A stretch of 64,000 nucleotides of DNA. It comes from Desulfobacteraceae bacterium (GTDB lineage Bacteria > Desulfobacterota > Desulfobacteria > Desulfobacterales > Desulfosarcinaceae). Made by a program: the position numbers and the translations under genes. Under the pieces are notes generated by a model, which worked only from the letters and a program-made list of their open reading frames with translations, had not been told where the DNA came from and searched no databases. The stretch covers positions 23,907 through 87,906 of the forward strand of contig JAMOUQ010000022.1 in the NCBI GenBank assembly GCA_027068085.1, in the 5' to 3' direction. Shown here piece by piece: positions 44,022-52,733 of this stretch (its first letter is position 1; each line of letters starts with the position of its first letter).

Positions 44022-45011
44022 ATGCATCTGGACACAAGGAAACTGGCCGGTTCCTTGAAAGCAGCGATTCTGATCAGGGCAGTAGGGCGGAATGTGGCCG
44101 GGCCGCTTCTGGAGCAGCTGCCCGAGGATCAGAAATCCCTGATCCTCAGGCTTCAGGCGCAGGTGGGAGATGTGCCGGATCGGCTGGTGGAAAAAGTCGT
44201 GGCCGAATTTCTGTCACAGGCCGGATACCTTCCGGCGCCTGAAGAAAAAAAGGCCGAGAAACAGGATGTCGAGAAGAAAAAGGAAAAACAGGAAGAGAAA
44301 AAAAATGATGATACGCCCAGGAGCCTGAAAGCCCTGCAATCGATTGCGCCCGACCAGCTTTTTCAGCTCATCAAGGATGAGCATCCCCAGACGATTGCCC
44401 TCATAGTCGCCCACCTGAAGCCCAGTGTGGGCAGCGATATTCTCAGCCGGCTGCCGGATGAGCTTAAATCCGACGTGGCCTTACGGATCGCCAACCTGGA
44501 CAAGATAATATCGGGCATGGTCGAGGAAGTCGACAAGATATTTGAGCAGATACTCAAAGACAAGGATCATTCAGCCATTCAGGAGGCCGGCGGCGTGTCC
44601 CGGCTTGCAGAGATCCTGAACCAGATCGACGGAGCCTCGGCCGAACAGATAATAGACGACATAGAGGAAAACGATCCGGAACTGGCCGATGAAATCAAGC
44701 AGAAAATGTTCGTCTTCGAAGATATCATCCTGGTAGATGACAAGGGACTGCAGAAAGTGCTGCGGGCCATCGAGACCCAGGAGCTGGCGATGGCCCTGAA
44801 AGCCGCCTCCGACGAGGTCAAGGAGAAGATCTTCAGCAATATGTCCGAGCGGGCGGCCGACATACTCAAGGAAGAGATGGAGGTGTCCGGCGCCGTTCGC
44901 ATGAAAGACGTCACGGACGCGCAGCAAAAGATAACCAAGGTGATCCAGGAAATGGAACGCAAGGGCGAGCTGATAATAAGCGGACGGGGAGGAGAAGAAT
45001 TCATTGGCTGA
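44022..45011 (+). CDS. fliG: flagellar motor switch protein FliG
   Basis: 329 aa; EHPQTIALIVAHL, MFVFEDIILVDDKGLQKVLR, SERAADILKEEME motifs. Contains a Lys/Glu-rich insert at 44232-44312. Confidence 0.92.
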   Translation: MHLDTRKLAGSLKAAILIRAVGRNVAGPLLEQLPEDQKSLILRLQAQVGDVPDRLVEKVVAEFLSQAGYLPAPEEKKAEKQDVEKKKEKQEEKKNDDTPRSLKALQSIAPDQLFQLIKDEHPQTIALIVAHLKPSVGSDILSRLPDELKSDVALRIANLDKIISGMVEEVDKIFEQILKDKDHSAIQEAGGVSRLAEILNQIDGASAEQIIDDIEENDPELADEIKQKMFVFEDIILVDDKGLQKVLRAIETQELAMALKAASDEVKEKIFSNMSERAADILKEEMEVSGAVRMKDVTDAQQKITKVIQEMERKGELIISGRGGEEFIG

Positions 45012-45642
45012 AGACTTTGATGATTATCTTACCGGACAAATCGACGGCGGTTACGAGTTTCCCTGTCTGGATGAGAGCAATGGGGAGGAAAAAACAGGAA
45101 GCGGGCAGGGGAAAAACGCCACAGCCTCCCATCAGGCGGATGTTCTGGCGGATATCGAAAAGCAGAGTTTTGAGCGCTCCTATGGCGACAGTTTCGATGC
45201 GACCATCGCCGAACGGAGTGAGGCCGTGGCCAGGGCCCGCACGGTGGTTGGCAAGCAGCAGGCCGCCTGGAAGAACATGCAGCAGGCGATGGAGCGCAAG
45301 GTGTCCAGGGCGGTTGTCGGAGGAGCTCTGGAACTTGCAACCATAATGATCGGGCGCGCCCTGGAAGCAGATCCGGGCCTTGTCCGCAAAGTGGTTTCCA
45401 GGGCGCTGGAGATGGTGGTTGCCAAAAGCGACATAGTTATCAGAAGCAATCCCGAAGACTGGCAGGTGGTGAAAGAAATGGTTGAAAACAGGGAAAGCGA
45501 ACCCGGCAATCACGGCAAGGTGCGGGTGGAGTCAGACAGCAGCATCGGACGCGGTGGTTGCATCATCGAGACGGAGTTCGGAATAATCGATGCCCGGATC
45601 AGTTCCCAGCTGGATGTGATCCGCAGGGCGCTGGAAGTCTGA
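45004..45642 (+). CDS. fliH: flagellar assembly protein FliH
   Basis: 212 aa; TTG start overlaps the fliG stop. C-terminal GGCIIETEFGIIDARISSQLDVI. Located between fliG and fliI. Confidence 0.85.
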   Translation: MAEDFDDYLTGQIDGGYEFPCLDESNGEEKTGSGQGKNATASHQADVLADIEKQSFERSYGDSFDATIAERSEAVARARTVVGKQQAAWKNMQQAMERKVSRAVVGGALELATIMIGRALEADPGLVRKVVSRALEMVVAKSDIVIRSNPEDWQVVKEMVENRESEPGNHGKVRVESDSSIGRGGCIIETEFGIIDARISSQLDVIRRALEV

Positions 45643-46983
45643 ATGGAAGAGCTTCAAAAAGATGACAGTTCTATGACGGAGATCGAAAAGCTGGTCACGC
45701 TGGTAGCCGAGACAAACCCGGTACGGGCGCACGGCAAGGTGACAAAGGTGGTCGGCATGGTGGTGGAAGCAAACGGTCCGGCCGTGGAGCTCGGATGCCT
45801 TTGTGAAATTCATTCCTGCGATGAACGTCACAGCGTCAGGGCCGAAGTGCTGGGTTTCAGGCAGAGAGCGGTTTTGCTGATGCCACTGGAAGAACTCCAG
45901 GGTATCGGTCCGGGAAGCAGGGTGATCGCCCTGCAGTCCAAGGCCCGCCTTGCCGTGGGCGACCGGTTGATGGGCAGGGTCATAGACGGACTGGGAAATC
46001 CAATCGACGGCAAGGGCGTGATACCTGCTGAAGAGCACTACCCGGTTTACGCCAAACCCATAAACCCCCTGCTCAGATCGAGAATAGTCAGACCCCTCGA
46101 CCTGGGGATCAGGGCCGTCAATGCTCTGCTGACCATCGGTTGCGGACAGAGGATGGGAATTTTCGCCGGATCAGGTGTGGGCAAGAGTGTCCTGATGGGG
46201 ATGATAGCCCGCAAATCGACCGCCGATGTCAACGTTATCGCCCTGATCGGTGAAAGAGGCCGCGAACTGAACGAATTCATAGAGCGCGAACTCGGCCCGG
46301 AAGGTCTGAAACGTTCGGTGGTTGTGGTGGCGACCTCCGATCATCTGCCGCTGGTGCGGGTGCGAGGGGCTTTCATTGCCACCGCCATAGCAGAGTACTT
46401 CCGCGACCGGGGCCTTACGGTCAATCTGATGATGGATTCACTGACCAGGTTCGCCATGGCCCAGCGGGAAATCGGGCTGGCACTGGGAGAGCCGCCGACC
46501 ACCAAAGGCTATACGCCGTCGGTGTTCAATCTGATGCCCAGGCTGCTTGAAAGAGCGGGAACCTCCCAGCATCGGGGCTCCATAACCGGCCTGTATACCG
46601 TTTTGGTGGAAGGTGACGATCTGAACGATCCCATCGCCGACGCCGCCCGGTCGATTCTCGACGGCCACATCGTTCTTTCCAGGAAACTTGCCGATCGCAA
46701 CCACTATCCGGCCATCGATATCCTCAAAAGTGTAAGCCGGGTAATGAACGACATCACGGAAATGGAACACAGGTACAATGCGGCCCGTTTCAAAGAACTG
46801 CTGGCCGTTTATGAAAAAGCAGAAGACCTGATCAACATCGGGGCCTATGTCAAGGGCAGCAGTGCCGAAATAGATCGTGCCGTGGAGAAGATAGACGCCT
46901 TCAACAACTTTTTGCGCCAACCCATGGACAGCTATGTTTCCCTGGAACAGAGCCTGAAGGAACTGGAACAGGTGGTAAGCTGA
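45643..46983 (+). CDS. fliI: flagellum-specific ATPase FliI
   Basis: 446 aa; Walker A GIFAGSGVGKS and T3SS ATPase core (LMMDSLTRFAMAQREIGL). Confidence 0.95.
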   Translation: MEELQKDDSSMTEIEKLVTLVAETNPVRAHGKVTKVVGMVVEANGPAVELGCLCEIHSCDERHSVRAEVLGFRQRAVLLMPLEELQGIGPGSRVIALQSKARLAVGDRLMGRVIDGLGNPIDGKGVIPAEEHYPVYAKPINPLLRSRIVRPLDLGIRAVNALLTIGCGQRMGIFAGSGVGKSVLMGMIARKSTADVNVIALIGERGRELNEFIERELGPEGLKRSVVVVATSDHLPLVRVRGAFIATAIAEYFRDRGLTVNLMMDSLTRFAMAQREIGLALGEPPTTKGYTPSVFNLMPRLLERAGTSQHRGSITGLYTVLVEGDDLNDPIADAARSILDGHIVLSRKLADRNHYPAIDILKSVSRVMNDITEMEHRYNAARFKELLAVYEKAEDLINIGAYVKGSSAEIDRAVEKIDAFNNFLRQPMDSYVSLEQSLKELEQVVS

Positions 46984-47008
46984 TACAAGCGGGGGAGATT
47001 TGCCTCAT

Positions 47009-47473
47009 ATGGCTGGATTCAAGTACGAACCGGTTTTGCGATACCGCAAGTTCCAGGAGGAAAAACTACAGCGGGAGCTTTCCGAAACCAACCGCAGTCT
47101 GGAGGCTGAAAAAGAGCTTCTCGGCAGCCTGGAAAACCAGTTGGAAGACGCCAGGCGCAAGTTCAGGCTGAGCGTCGGAAGGCCGGTAAACAGCCCTGTC
47201 CTGCTGATGCACAACCGTTTTCTGGAACGGCTGTGTATGAAAATTGCGCGCCAGCTCGAAAGAGTCGAAGCGGCCGAAGTCAAATGCCGGCAAAAGCGCG
47301 CCCAGGTGGTGGAAGCCCTGAAAAACCGCAAGAGTCTTGAAAAGGTGAAAGAAAATTTCCTGATACGGCAACGGGCGTTGCAGAAAAAGCTTCAGGGCAA
47401 GTTCATGGACGAAATAGGAGTCAACAAATACATACGCAGACAATCAGACGGGGAAGACGAATGCAGCCAATGA
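47009..47473 (+). CDS. fliJ: flagellar export chaperone FliJ
   Basis: Coiled-coil protein FKYEPVLRYRKFQEEKLQRELSE after fliI. ATG at 47009 follows GGGGGAG; the ORF-track TTG at 47000 is too close to the SD. Confidence 0.8.
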   Translation: MAGFKYEPVLRYRKFQEEKLQRELSETNRSLEAEKELLGSLENQLEDARRKFRLSVGRPVNSPVLLMHNRFLERLCMKIARQLERVEAAEVKCRQKRAQVVEALKNRKSLEKVKENFLIRQRALQKKLQGKFMDEIGVNKYIRRQSDGEDECSQ

Positions 47474-48843
47474 TAGAAAACAATACCGAGATGTCGTTAC
47501 CGGTTGTTACGGCCGGTGAAGTTATGAACAAAAAAGCGGGGCCGGAGCACCCGGATCGGGACATTCCCGATTGCTTTTCGGATCTGGTGGGCGAGCTTCT
47601 TAGCGCCAGCTTTTTGCCGGGCAGTCAGCTGCCGGAGGACGGCCGACCCGGCCAGGCAGAAGGCTCCGTATTTGAAGAAACGGCCGGAGAGACCATGGAA
47701 ACGGTCCTGACGGGCCTGCAGGGGCGGGAAAAGTCAAATCCGCAAAGAACGGATCAAAGTGCGGACTTGCTGCGCTGGCCGGTTCGCCCGGATGATCCCG
47801 GCGCGGAAGATACGGGTGTGACAGCAGATCTGCGGGCGGAACGGGCTTGCGGGCCGCAGGAGCCGTTGATCAGCGTCGGCCGGGAGACGGCTGGAAACAA
47901 GACGGGCGTAAAAAGTTTTCAGGGCCGGGCGGCAGAGCCGGACCCCGATGGCGTCAAGGCTCTGTCCGGCCAAACGGCGGATTTACCGGACGCCGGCGCA
48001 ACGGCGGGGACGGGCGCCGGCAACCGTGACCCGGCTCAAATCTTTGAGGCCGGCAGCGGTTCGGAATCAGCCGGGGAAACATTCGGAGAAGACGGCAAAG
48101 ATGCGCCTGTCGCCAAAAACCGACCGCAAAGGACCCGGCCGGCAAAGGCGGATCGCACCCGGCCGGCGGCCCGGCAGGGCGACGGATCGTTCAGGATGGA
48201 ATTCAGGGCCGCCGCTGTTGCAAACGGGCAGAGCGGGGAAACAGAGCCGGGAGAAGATGAGGATTCGCCGGCCGGCGGCCGCAGGAACGGGTCTCAGTCC
48301 GGAGCCGGCGAAAGATCAGGCAGCCCGGCGGCGGTTGCCGCAAAGCAAATGGACCCCGCCGGGCAGGTACAGCCCGGGATCGGCAGGCCTGCCGGTCACA
48401 CCCCCGCGCCCAAGGGCATTGAAGGTGAAGTCATCAGGCAGGTGGCTGCCAGAATCCGTTTGAACAAGGCCAGGATTCCTTCAAGAGCCAGCATACGGCT
48501 GGAGCCGGCATCGCTGGGGAAATTACATGTGGATTTGAGGGCCGACGGACACCAGGTCAGCATCAGGATGGTGGCTGAAACCCACGTGGTCAGAGATCTG
48601 CTGGAAGCCAACCTGTCCCACCTGCGCAGTGAACTCCAGCAGCAGGGTATGGATCTGAGGCATGTGGAGGTGTTTGTGGGCCGGGACCCGGGCGACGGCA
48701 GACAGCCGGAAACCCGCCGCAGACCGAAAGGGGACCGCAAATTCCAGGTGTCCGGAGTCGAAGAACCGGACGAAGCCCGACCGCCAGCAGCGCGGACGAC
48801 CGGTCTTTTCGACAGAAATAAAGAGGTCGACACCTTTGCCTGA
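47461..48843 (+). CDS. fliK: flagellar hook-length control protein FliK
   Basis: 460 aa; low-complexity Pro/Gly/Ala-rich body. C-terminal FliK domain IRLEPASLGKLHVDLRADGHQVSIRMVAETHVVRDLLEANLSHLRSELQQQG. Confidence 0.85.
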   Translation: MQPMIENNTEMSLPVVTAGEVMNKKAGPEHPDRDIPDCFSDLVGELLSASFLPGSQLPEDGRPGQAEGSVFEETAGETMETVLTGLQGREKSNPQRTDQSADLLRWPVRPDDPGAEDTGVTADLRAERACGPQEPLISVGRETAGNKTGVKSFQGRAAEPDPDGVKALSGQTADLPDAGATAGTGAGNRDPAQIFEAGSGSESAGETFGEDGKDAPVAKNRPQRTRPAKADRTRPAARQGDGSFRMEFRAAAVANGQSGETEPGEDEDSPAGGRRNGSQSGAGERSGSPAAVAAKQMDPAGQVQPGIGRPAGHTPAPKGIEGEVIRQVAARIRLNKARIPSRASIRLEPASLGKLHVDLRADGHQVSIRMVAETHVVRDLLEANLSHLRSELQQQGMDLRHVEVFVGRDPGDGRQPETRRRPKGDRKFQVSGVEEPDEARPPAARTTGLFDRNKEVDTFA

Positions 48844-48876
48844 GCCCGGCGGCAGTCCGGAAGGGAGGTTTTCATC

Positions 48877-49545
48877 ATGAGTATTACCGGTTTGGAGTCT
48901 ATTCCATCCAAGGCCGCGGCTGTGGCTGATCCCAAGCAGAAAAGCATGGGGAAAAACGATTTCCTGAAAATGCTTGTGGCCCAGCTTCAATCCCAGGACC
49001 CGCTCAATCCGATGGACAGCACCGGCTTCACCGCTCAGCTGGCCCAGTTCAGCAGCCTGGAACAGTTGCAGAATATCGATGCCAGCCTCAGCGCCCTAAA
49101 GTCTGCCCAGAAGGTGTCGACAAACGCCAAGGCCGTGGATTTCATCGGCCGGGAAATTACGGCCGTTGGCGATCATTTTCTGCTGGAAAGCGGCCGGGAC
49201 CCGGTTTTGGCCTACCGCCTGGACCAGGAGGCGGACTCCGTATACATGAAAATCTATGACGCCGATGGCAACTTCGTGGCGGATCTCGAGCTGGGAGCCG
49301 AGCCGGCCGGTAACCATACCGCCACTTGGGACGGCAGGGATTTACAGGGACGCAGAATGCCGGCCGGCAAATATTCCTTCCAGGTCATGGCGGTGGACCG
49401 GGAGGGATCGGCCGTTTCCAGCCATACATTTACTTCCGGAAAGGTCAGCGGGGTGGATTTCAAGGACGGCAAGGCCTACCTGCTGGTTGACGGACGGCAG
49501 ATAGGGCTGGGAGAAATCGTGCGGGTGAAAGAACATCAGCCGTGA
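48877..49545 (+). CDS. flgD: flagellar hook assembly (capping) protein FlgD
   Basis: 222 aa; GKNDFLKMLVAQLQSQDPLNPMDSTGFTAQLAQFSSLEQL. Confidence 0.92.
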   Translation: MSITGLESIPSKAAAVADPKQKSMGKNDFLKMLVAQLQSQDPLNPMDSTGFTAQLAQFSSLEQLQNIDASLSALKSAQKVSTNAKAVDFIGREITAVGDHFLLESGRDPVLAYRLDQEADSVYMKIYDADGNFVADLELGAEPAGNHTATWDGRDLQGRRMPAGKYSFQVMAVDREGSAVSSHTFTSGKVSGVDFKDGKAYLLVDGRQIGLGEIVRVKEHQP

Positions 49546-49602
49546 TATCGGATACCGGATCATTTACGAAGCAATAAAGAATAACAAAGAAAGGGGTATA
49601 TC

Positions 49603-50823
49603 ATGATAGGATCATTGTATTCAGGCATTTCAGGCTTGAAGGCCAACACGAGCGCCATGGCGGTAATAGGGGACAATATCGCCAATGTCGAAACAACCGG
49701 TTTCAAGGCCTCCAAGGTGGCGTTCGCCAATGTTTTCAATGCCACCCTCGGCCAGAGCCGACTCCAGATCGGACGGGGTGTCACCATGTCGGGCACCAGC
49801 TCGAACTGGAACGCCGGTACTTTGCAGAACACGGAAAATGTCACCGATCTGGCGATCAACGGCAAGGGCATGTTCATCGTGCGGGACGCCAATGATAACG
49901 CCCAGTATTACACCCGTGCCGGCAAGTTCGAATTCGACCGCAGTCGGAGGCTGGTGACCCCGGACGGACTGGTGGTGCAGGGCTATGAGCTGGATTCGTC
50001 CGGGGCACTGGGATCGTTCGGCAACATAACCCTGCCGTCAGGCATGAACCAGCCCCAGGCAACCGACACCCTGACCATGAACCTGAACCTGGATGCCAGC
50101 GCTTCCAACGGTGACACGTACGACACCACGATTACAGTGTACGATTCCCTGGGCAACGCCGTAGACCTTAGCTTCAATTTCACCAAGACCTCCAGCGGCT
50201 GGGATTGGTATGTGACTTCATCGGAAGGATCGGCGACTCCGTCGTCGTCTTCGCCCTACAGCCTGGCCTTCACCACTTCCGGGGCGCTCGATCCTGCCAA
50301 CAGTACTCCGGCATCGTCCAATCCCACCATTTCCGTAACCGGCCTGTCGGGAGCCGACCTGTCCATAACCTGGGACTATCTCGACGGCACGGCCACCGAC
50401 GGAAGCATTACCGGGTACGCCGGTGATTCGGTCAAAACCGCCCAGACCCAGAACGGCTATCCCACCGGAATGCTCCAGGGGGTTGCGGTCGATGACGACG
50501 GAATTTTCACCGCGCTGTACTCTAACGGCACCATGATGCCGTTCGCCAGGATAGCCCTGGCTGATTTTGCCAATTATTCCGGCCTTTCAAAGCAGGGAAG
50601 CAACCTCTACACGTCTTCCCTGATTTCCGGCCAGGCGGTTATCTCCCCGCCTAACACGGCCGGGGTGGGAGGTATAGCGGCCAATGCGCTGGAAATGTCG
50701 AATGTCGACCTGGCCTCGGAATTCGTGGAGCTGATAACCACACAGAGGGCATTTCAGGCCAACAGCAAGGTCATCACCACCAGCGACGAAGTGCTGTCCG
50801 ACCTGATCAATATCAAGCGCTGA
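49603..50823 (+). CDS. flgE: flagellar hook protein FlgE
   Basis: 406 aa; N-terminus SLYSGISGLKANTSAMAVIGDNIANVETTGFK and C-terminus TTQRAFQANSKVITTSDEVLSDLINIKR. Confidence 0.92.
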   Translation: MIGSLYSGISGLKANTSAMAVIGDNIANVETTGFKASKVAFANVFNATLGQSRLQIGRGVTMSGTSSNWNAGTLQNTENVTDLAINGKGMFIVRDANDNAQYYTRAGKFEFDRSRRLVTPDGLVVQGYELDSSGALGSFGNITLPSGMNQPQATDTLTMNLNLDASASNGDTYDTTITVYDSLGNAVDLSFNFTKTSSGWDWYVTSSEGSATPSSSSPYSLAFTTSGALDPANSTPASSNPTISVTGLSGADLSITWDYLDGTATDGSITGYAGDSVKTAQTQNGYPTGMLQGVAVDDDGIFTALYSNGTMMPFARIALADFANYSGLSKQGSNLYTSSLISGQAVISPPNTAGVGGIAANALEMSNVDLASEFVELITTQRAFQANSKVITTSDEVLSDLINIKR

Positions 50824-50862
50824 TGGCATTGCATAGAGCCTGTCGCGTTGCGCTGCATTCTT

Positions 50863-50907
50863 CCGTTGTGACTGCGGTCTTGCCCAACCGGGCCGCAGTC
50901 ACAACGG
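50863..50907 (+). terminator. strong stem-loop after flgE (terminator or mRNA 3' stabiliser)
   Basis: Perfect 15-bp inverted repeat CCGTTGTGACTGCGG / CCGCAGTCACAACGG with a 15-nt loop, 40 nt after the flgE stop. There is no immediate U-tract. Confidence 0.35.
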
Positions 50908-50971
50908 GATGCGCGACGCCCCGGCCCCCCGTCTTTTGGCTACGCCGTCCCGTTCAAAGCCCCAACCCATT

Positions 50972-50985
50972 GTCAAGCCTTTGAC
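50972..50985. promoter_or_regulatory. FleQ-box-like palindrome GTCAAGCCTTTGAC
   Basis: Perfect GTCAA-N4-TTGAC, centred about 136 bp upstream of the motA sigma54 promoter. An extra TTGAC half-site lies at 50999-51003. Confidence 0.45.
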
Positions 50986-51113
50986 CCCCGGCTGCAAAAT
51001 TGACACCGCCCTGAACGGTTACCCAACTGGGGCGAACAGATAATACCGAGTGATAACAAAGATATATCGCAAGATCACGGTTGATGGCGATCCTTGCCGG
51101 GTCCCTGTCCGCA

Positions 51114-51129
51114 TGGCACGGTACATGCT
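51114..51129 (+). promoter_or_regulatory. sigma54 promoter of the motA-...-flhB operon
   Basis: TGGCACGGTACATGCT (TGGCACG-N4-ATGCT, exact spacing), 66 nt upstream of the motA GTG. Confidence 0.7.
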
Positions 51130-51195
51130 ACTTTCTCTTGGCAACGGAAAGAGCGAGCCCGATGCTCATCAAAAACCAATCGGCAGGAGTCAAAT

Positions 51196-51963
51196 GTGGA
51201 TCTTGCAACTTTTCTGGGGCTGCTGGTAGCCGGTGGTCTGGTCGTAGCATCGATCATAATGGGAGGATCAGGGGCGTGGTTCGTGAACACTCCTTCGATG
51301 ATGATCGTTGCCGGCGGGACCATGGGGGCGACTTTGATCAATTATCCGCTCTCGGAAGTGGTGAGCGTGTTCAAGGTTACCAAAAACGCATTTCTGCACC
51401 GCACTGTCTCGGCCCTCAATCTCATCCCGATGCTGGTAGATTTCGCCAAGAAGGCGCGCCGCGAGGGCATCCTGTCTTTTGAATCCCGCCTCAAGGAGAT
51501 CGATGACCCTTTCCTGGCAAAGGGCATTCAGATGGCCATCGACGGAATGGAGTCCAGCGCCATCGAAGAGGTGCTGACCACGGAAATTATGTATCTAGAA
51601 GAACGGCACCGCCTGGGGGCCGAGATATTTTCCACCATGGGGACGTATGCCCCGGCGGTGGGGATGCTGGGCACCATAATCGGTCTGGTGCAAATGCTTA
51701 TGCAGATGAAAGATCCGAGCGCCATCGGCGCTCCCATGGCGGTGGCTTTGCTGACCACTTTTTACGGGACATTGTTGGCCAACCTGCTGTTTCTGCCGAT
51801 TTCAGGGAAACTCAAGATCAGGAGCCGCCAGGAAGTACTGGCCAAGCAGATGGTGCTGGAAGGAGTGCTGGCAATTCAAGCCGGGGACAATCACAGGGTA
51901 GTGGAGCAGAAGTTGAAGGCCTTCATTGCCCCCAGTCTGCGCGCGGCAACGGAGAAGCAATGA
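51196..51963 (+). CDS. motA: flagellar stator protein MotA
   Basis: GTG at 51196 lies 6 nt after AGGAG. 255 aa with MotA/TolQ/ExbB channel motifs (PAVGMLGTIIGLVQM, ALLTTFYGTLLANLLFLPI). The ORF-track start at 51094 is rejected. Confidence 0.88.
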   Translation: MDLATFLGLLVAGGLVVASIIMGGSGAWFVNTPSMMIVAGGTMGATLINYPLSEVVSVFKVTKNAFLHRTVSALNLIPMLVDFAKKARREGILSFESRLKEIDDPFLAKGIQMAIDGMESSAIEEVLTTEIMYLEERHRLGAEIFSTMGTYAPAVGMLGTIIGLVQMLMQMKDPSAIGAPMAVALLTTFYGTLLANLLFLPISGKLKIRSRQEVLAKQMVLEGVLAIQAGDNHRVVEQKLKAFIAPSLRAATEKQ

Positions 51964-52733
51964 ATATGAGGATCAGAAAGGCCCGCGGCGGTCACAACCG
52001 CCGGCAAGGCGGCAATAGCGGAGGCTGGGAGATAGTGTATACCGGCTTCATTCTGATCCTGTTGTGTTTTTTCATCATGCTGACTTCTTTTGCCTCGCTG
52101 AAACAGTCGAAAATAACCCGTTTCGCCAGGTCTTTTTCAGCAGCCGTGAGTGTTCTGGGCGGCGGAATCAGCTTCGAGGAAGGCGAAACGGTTCTTTTCA
52201 ATCCGGGACAGCTCGTTCACAAAGAGGACGAACTGGCCAGATTGTTCCAGAAGATCAGGCTGCTTTCGGCCTCGGTCGGCCTCGATCCGGACCTGGTGAC
52301 CGTTACCGAGCGGGGAGTTGTCCTGACCCTGGCCGGGGCTGTAGTTTTCGATCTTGGCCGGGCAACCATCAGCCCCGGAGCCGCCGGGGTTCTGGACAAG
52401 GTGGCGGCTCTTATCAAACAGGTGCCGATGCATGTCAGGATAGAGGGGCACACCGATGATCTGCCGGTCAGATCGGGGCGATATCCTTCAAACTGGGAGT
52501 TGTCTACTGCAAGGGCCACCAATGTCCTGCGATACCTGATAAAAAGGCATGGCATTGCACCGTCGCGGCTGTCGGCAGTGGGCTTTGCACAGTACCATCC
52601 GCTGGTTCCCAATGACGGCAGCGCCGGACGGGCCAGAAACAGAAGGGTGGAATTCGTTTTCGATATCAACCTCCGGACACCATCGGACAGGAGCCGTGAT
52701 GCGCAAAAGACGGGCACAAACAGAGCGGCCTGA
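51960..52733 (+). CDS. MotB-family protein lacking the conserved TM aspartate (OmpA-like C-terminus intact)
   Basis: 257 aa; ATGA overlap with motA. TM segment GGWEIVYTGFILILLCFFIML aligns with E. coli [21 protein letters not shown], placing Gly29 at the Asp32 position. OmpA motif IEGHTDD...NWELSTARA...NRRVEF. Confidence 0.8.
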   Translation: MNMRIRKARGGHNRRQGGNSGGWEIVYTGFILILLCFFIMLTSFASLKQSKITRFARSFSAAVSVLGGGISFEEGETVLFNPGQLVHKEDELARLFQKIRLLSASVGLDPDLVTVTERGVVLTLAGAVVFDLGRATISPGAAGVLDKVAALIKQVPMHVRIEGHTDDLPVRSGRYPSNWELSTARATNVLRYLIKRHGIAPSRLSAVGFAQYHPLVPNDGSAGRARNRRVEFVFDINLRTPSDRSRDAQKTGTNRAA

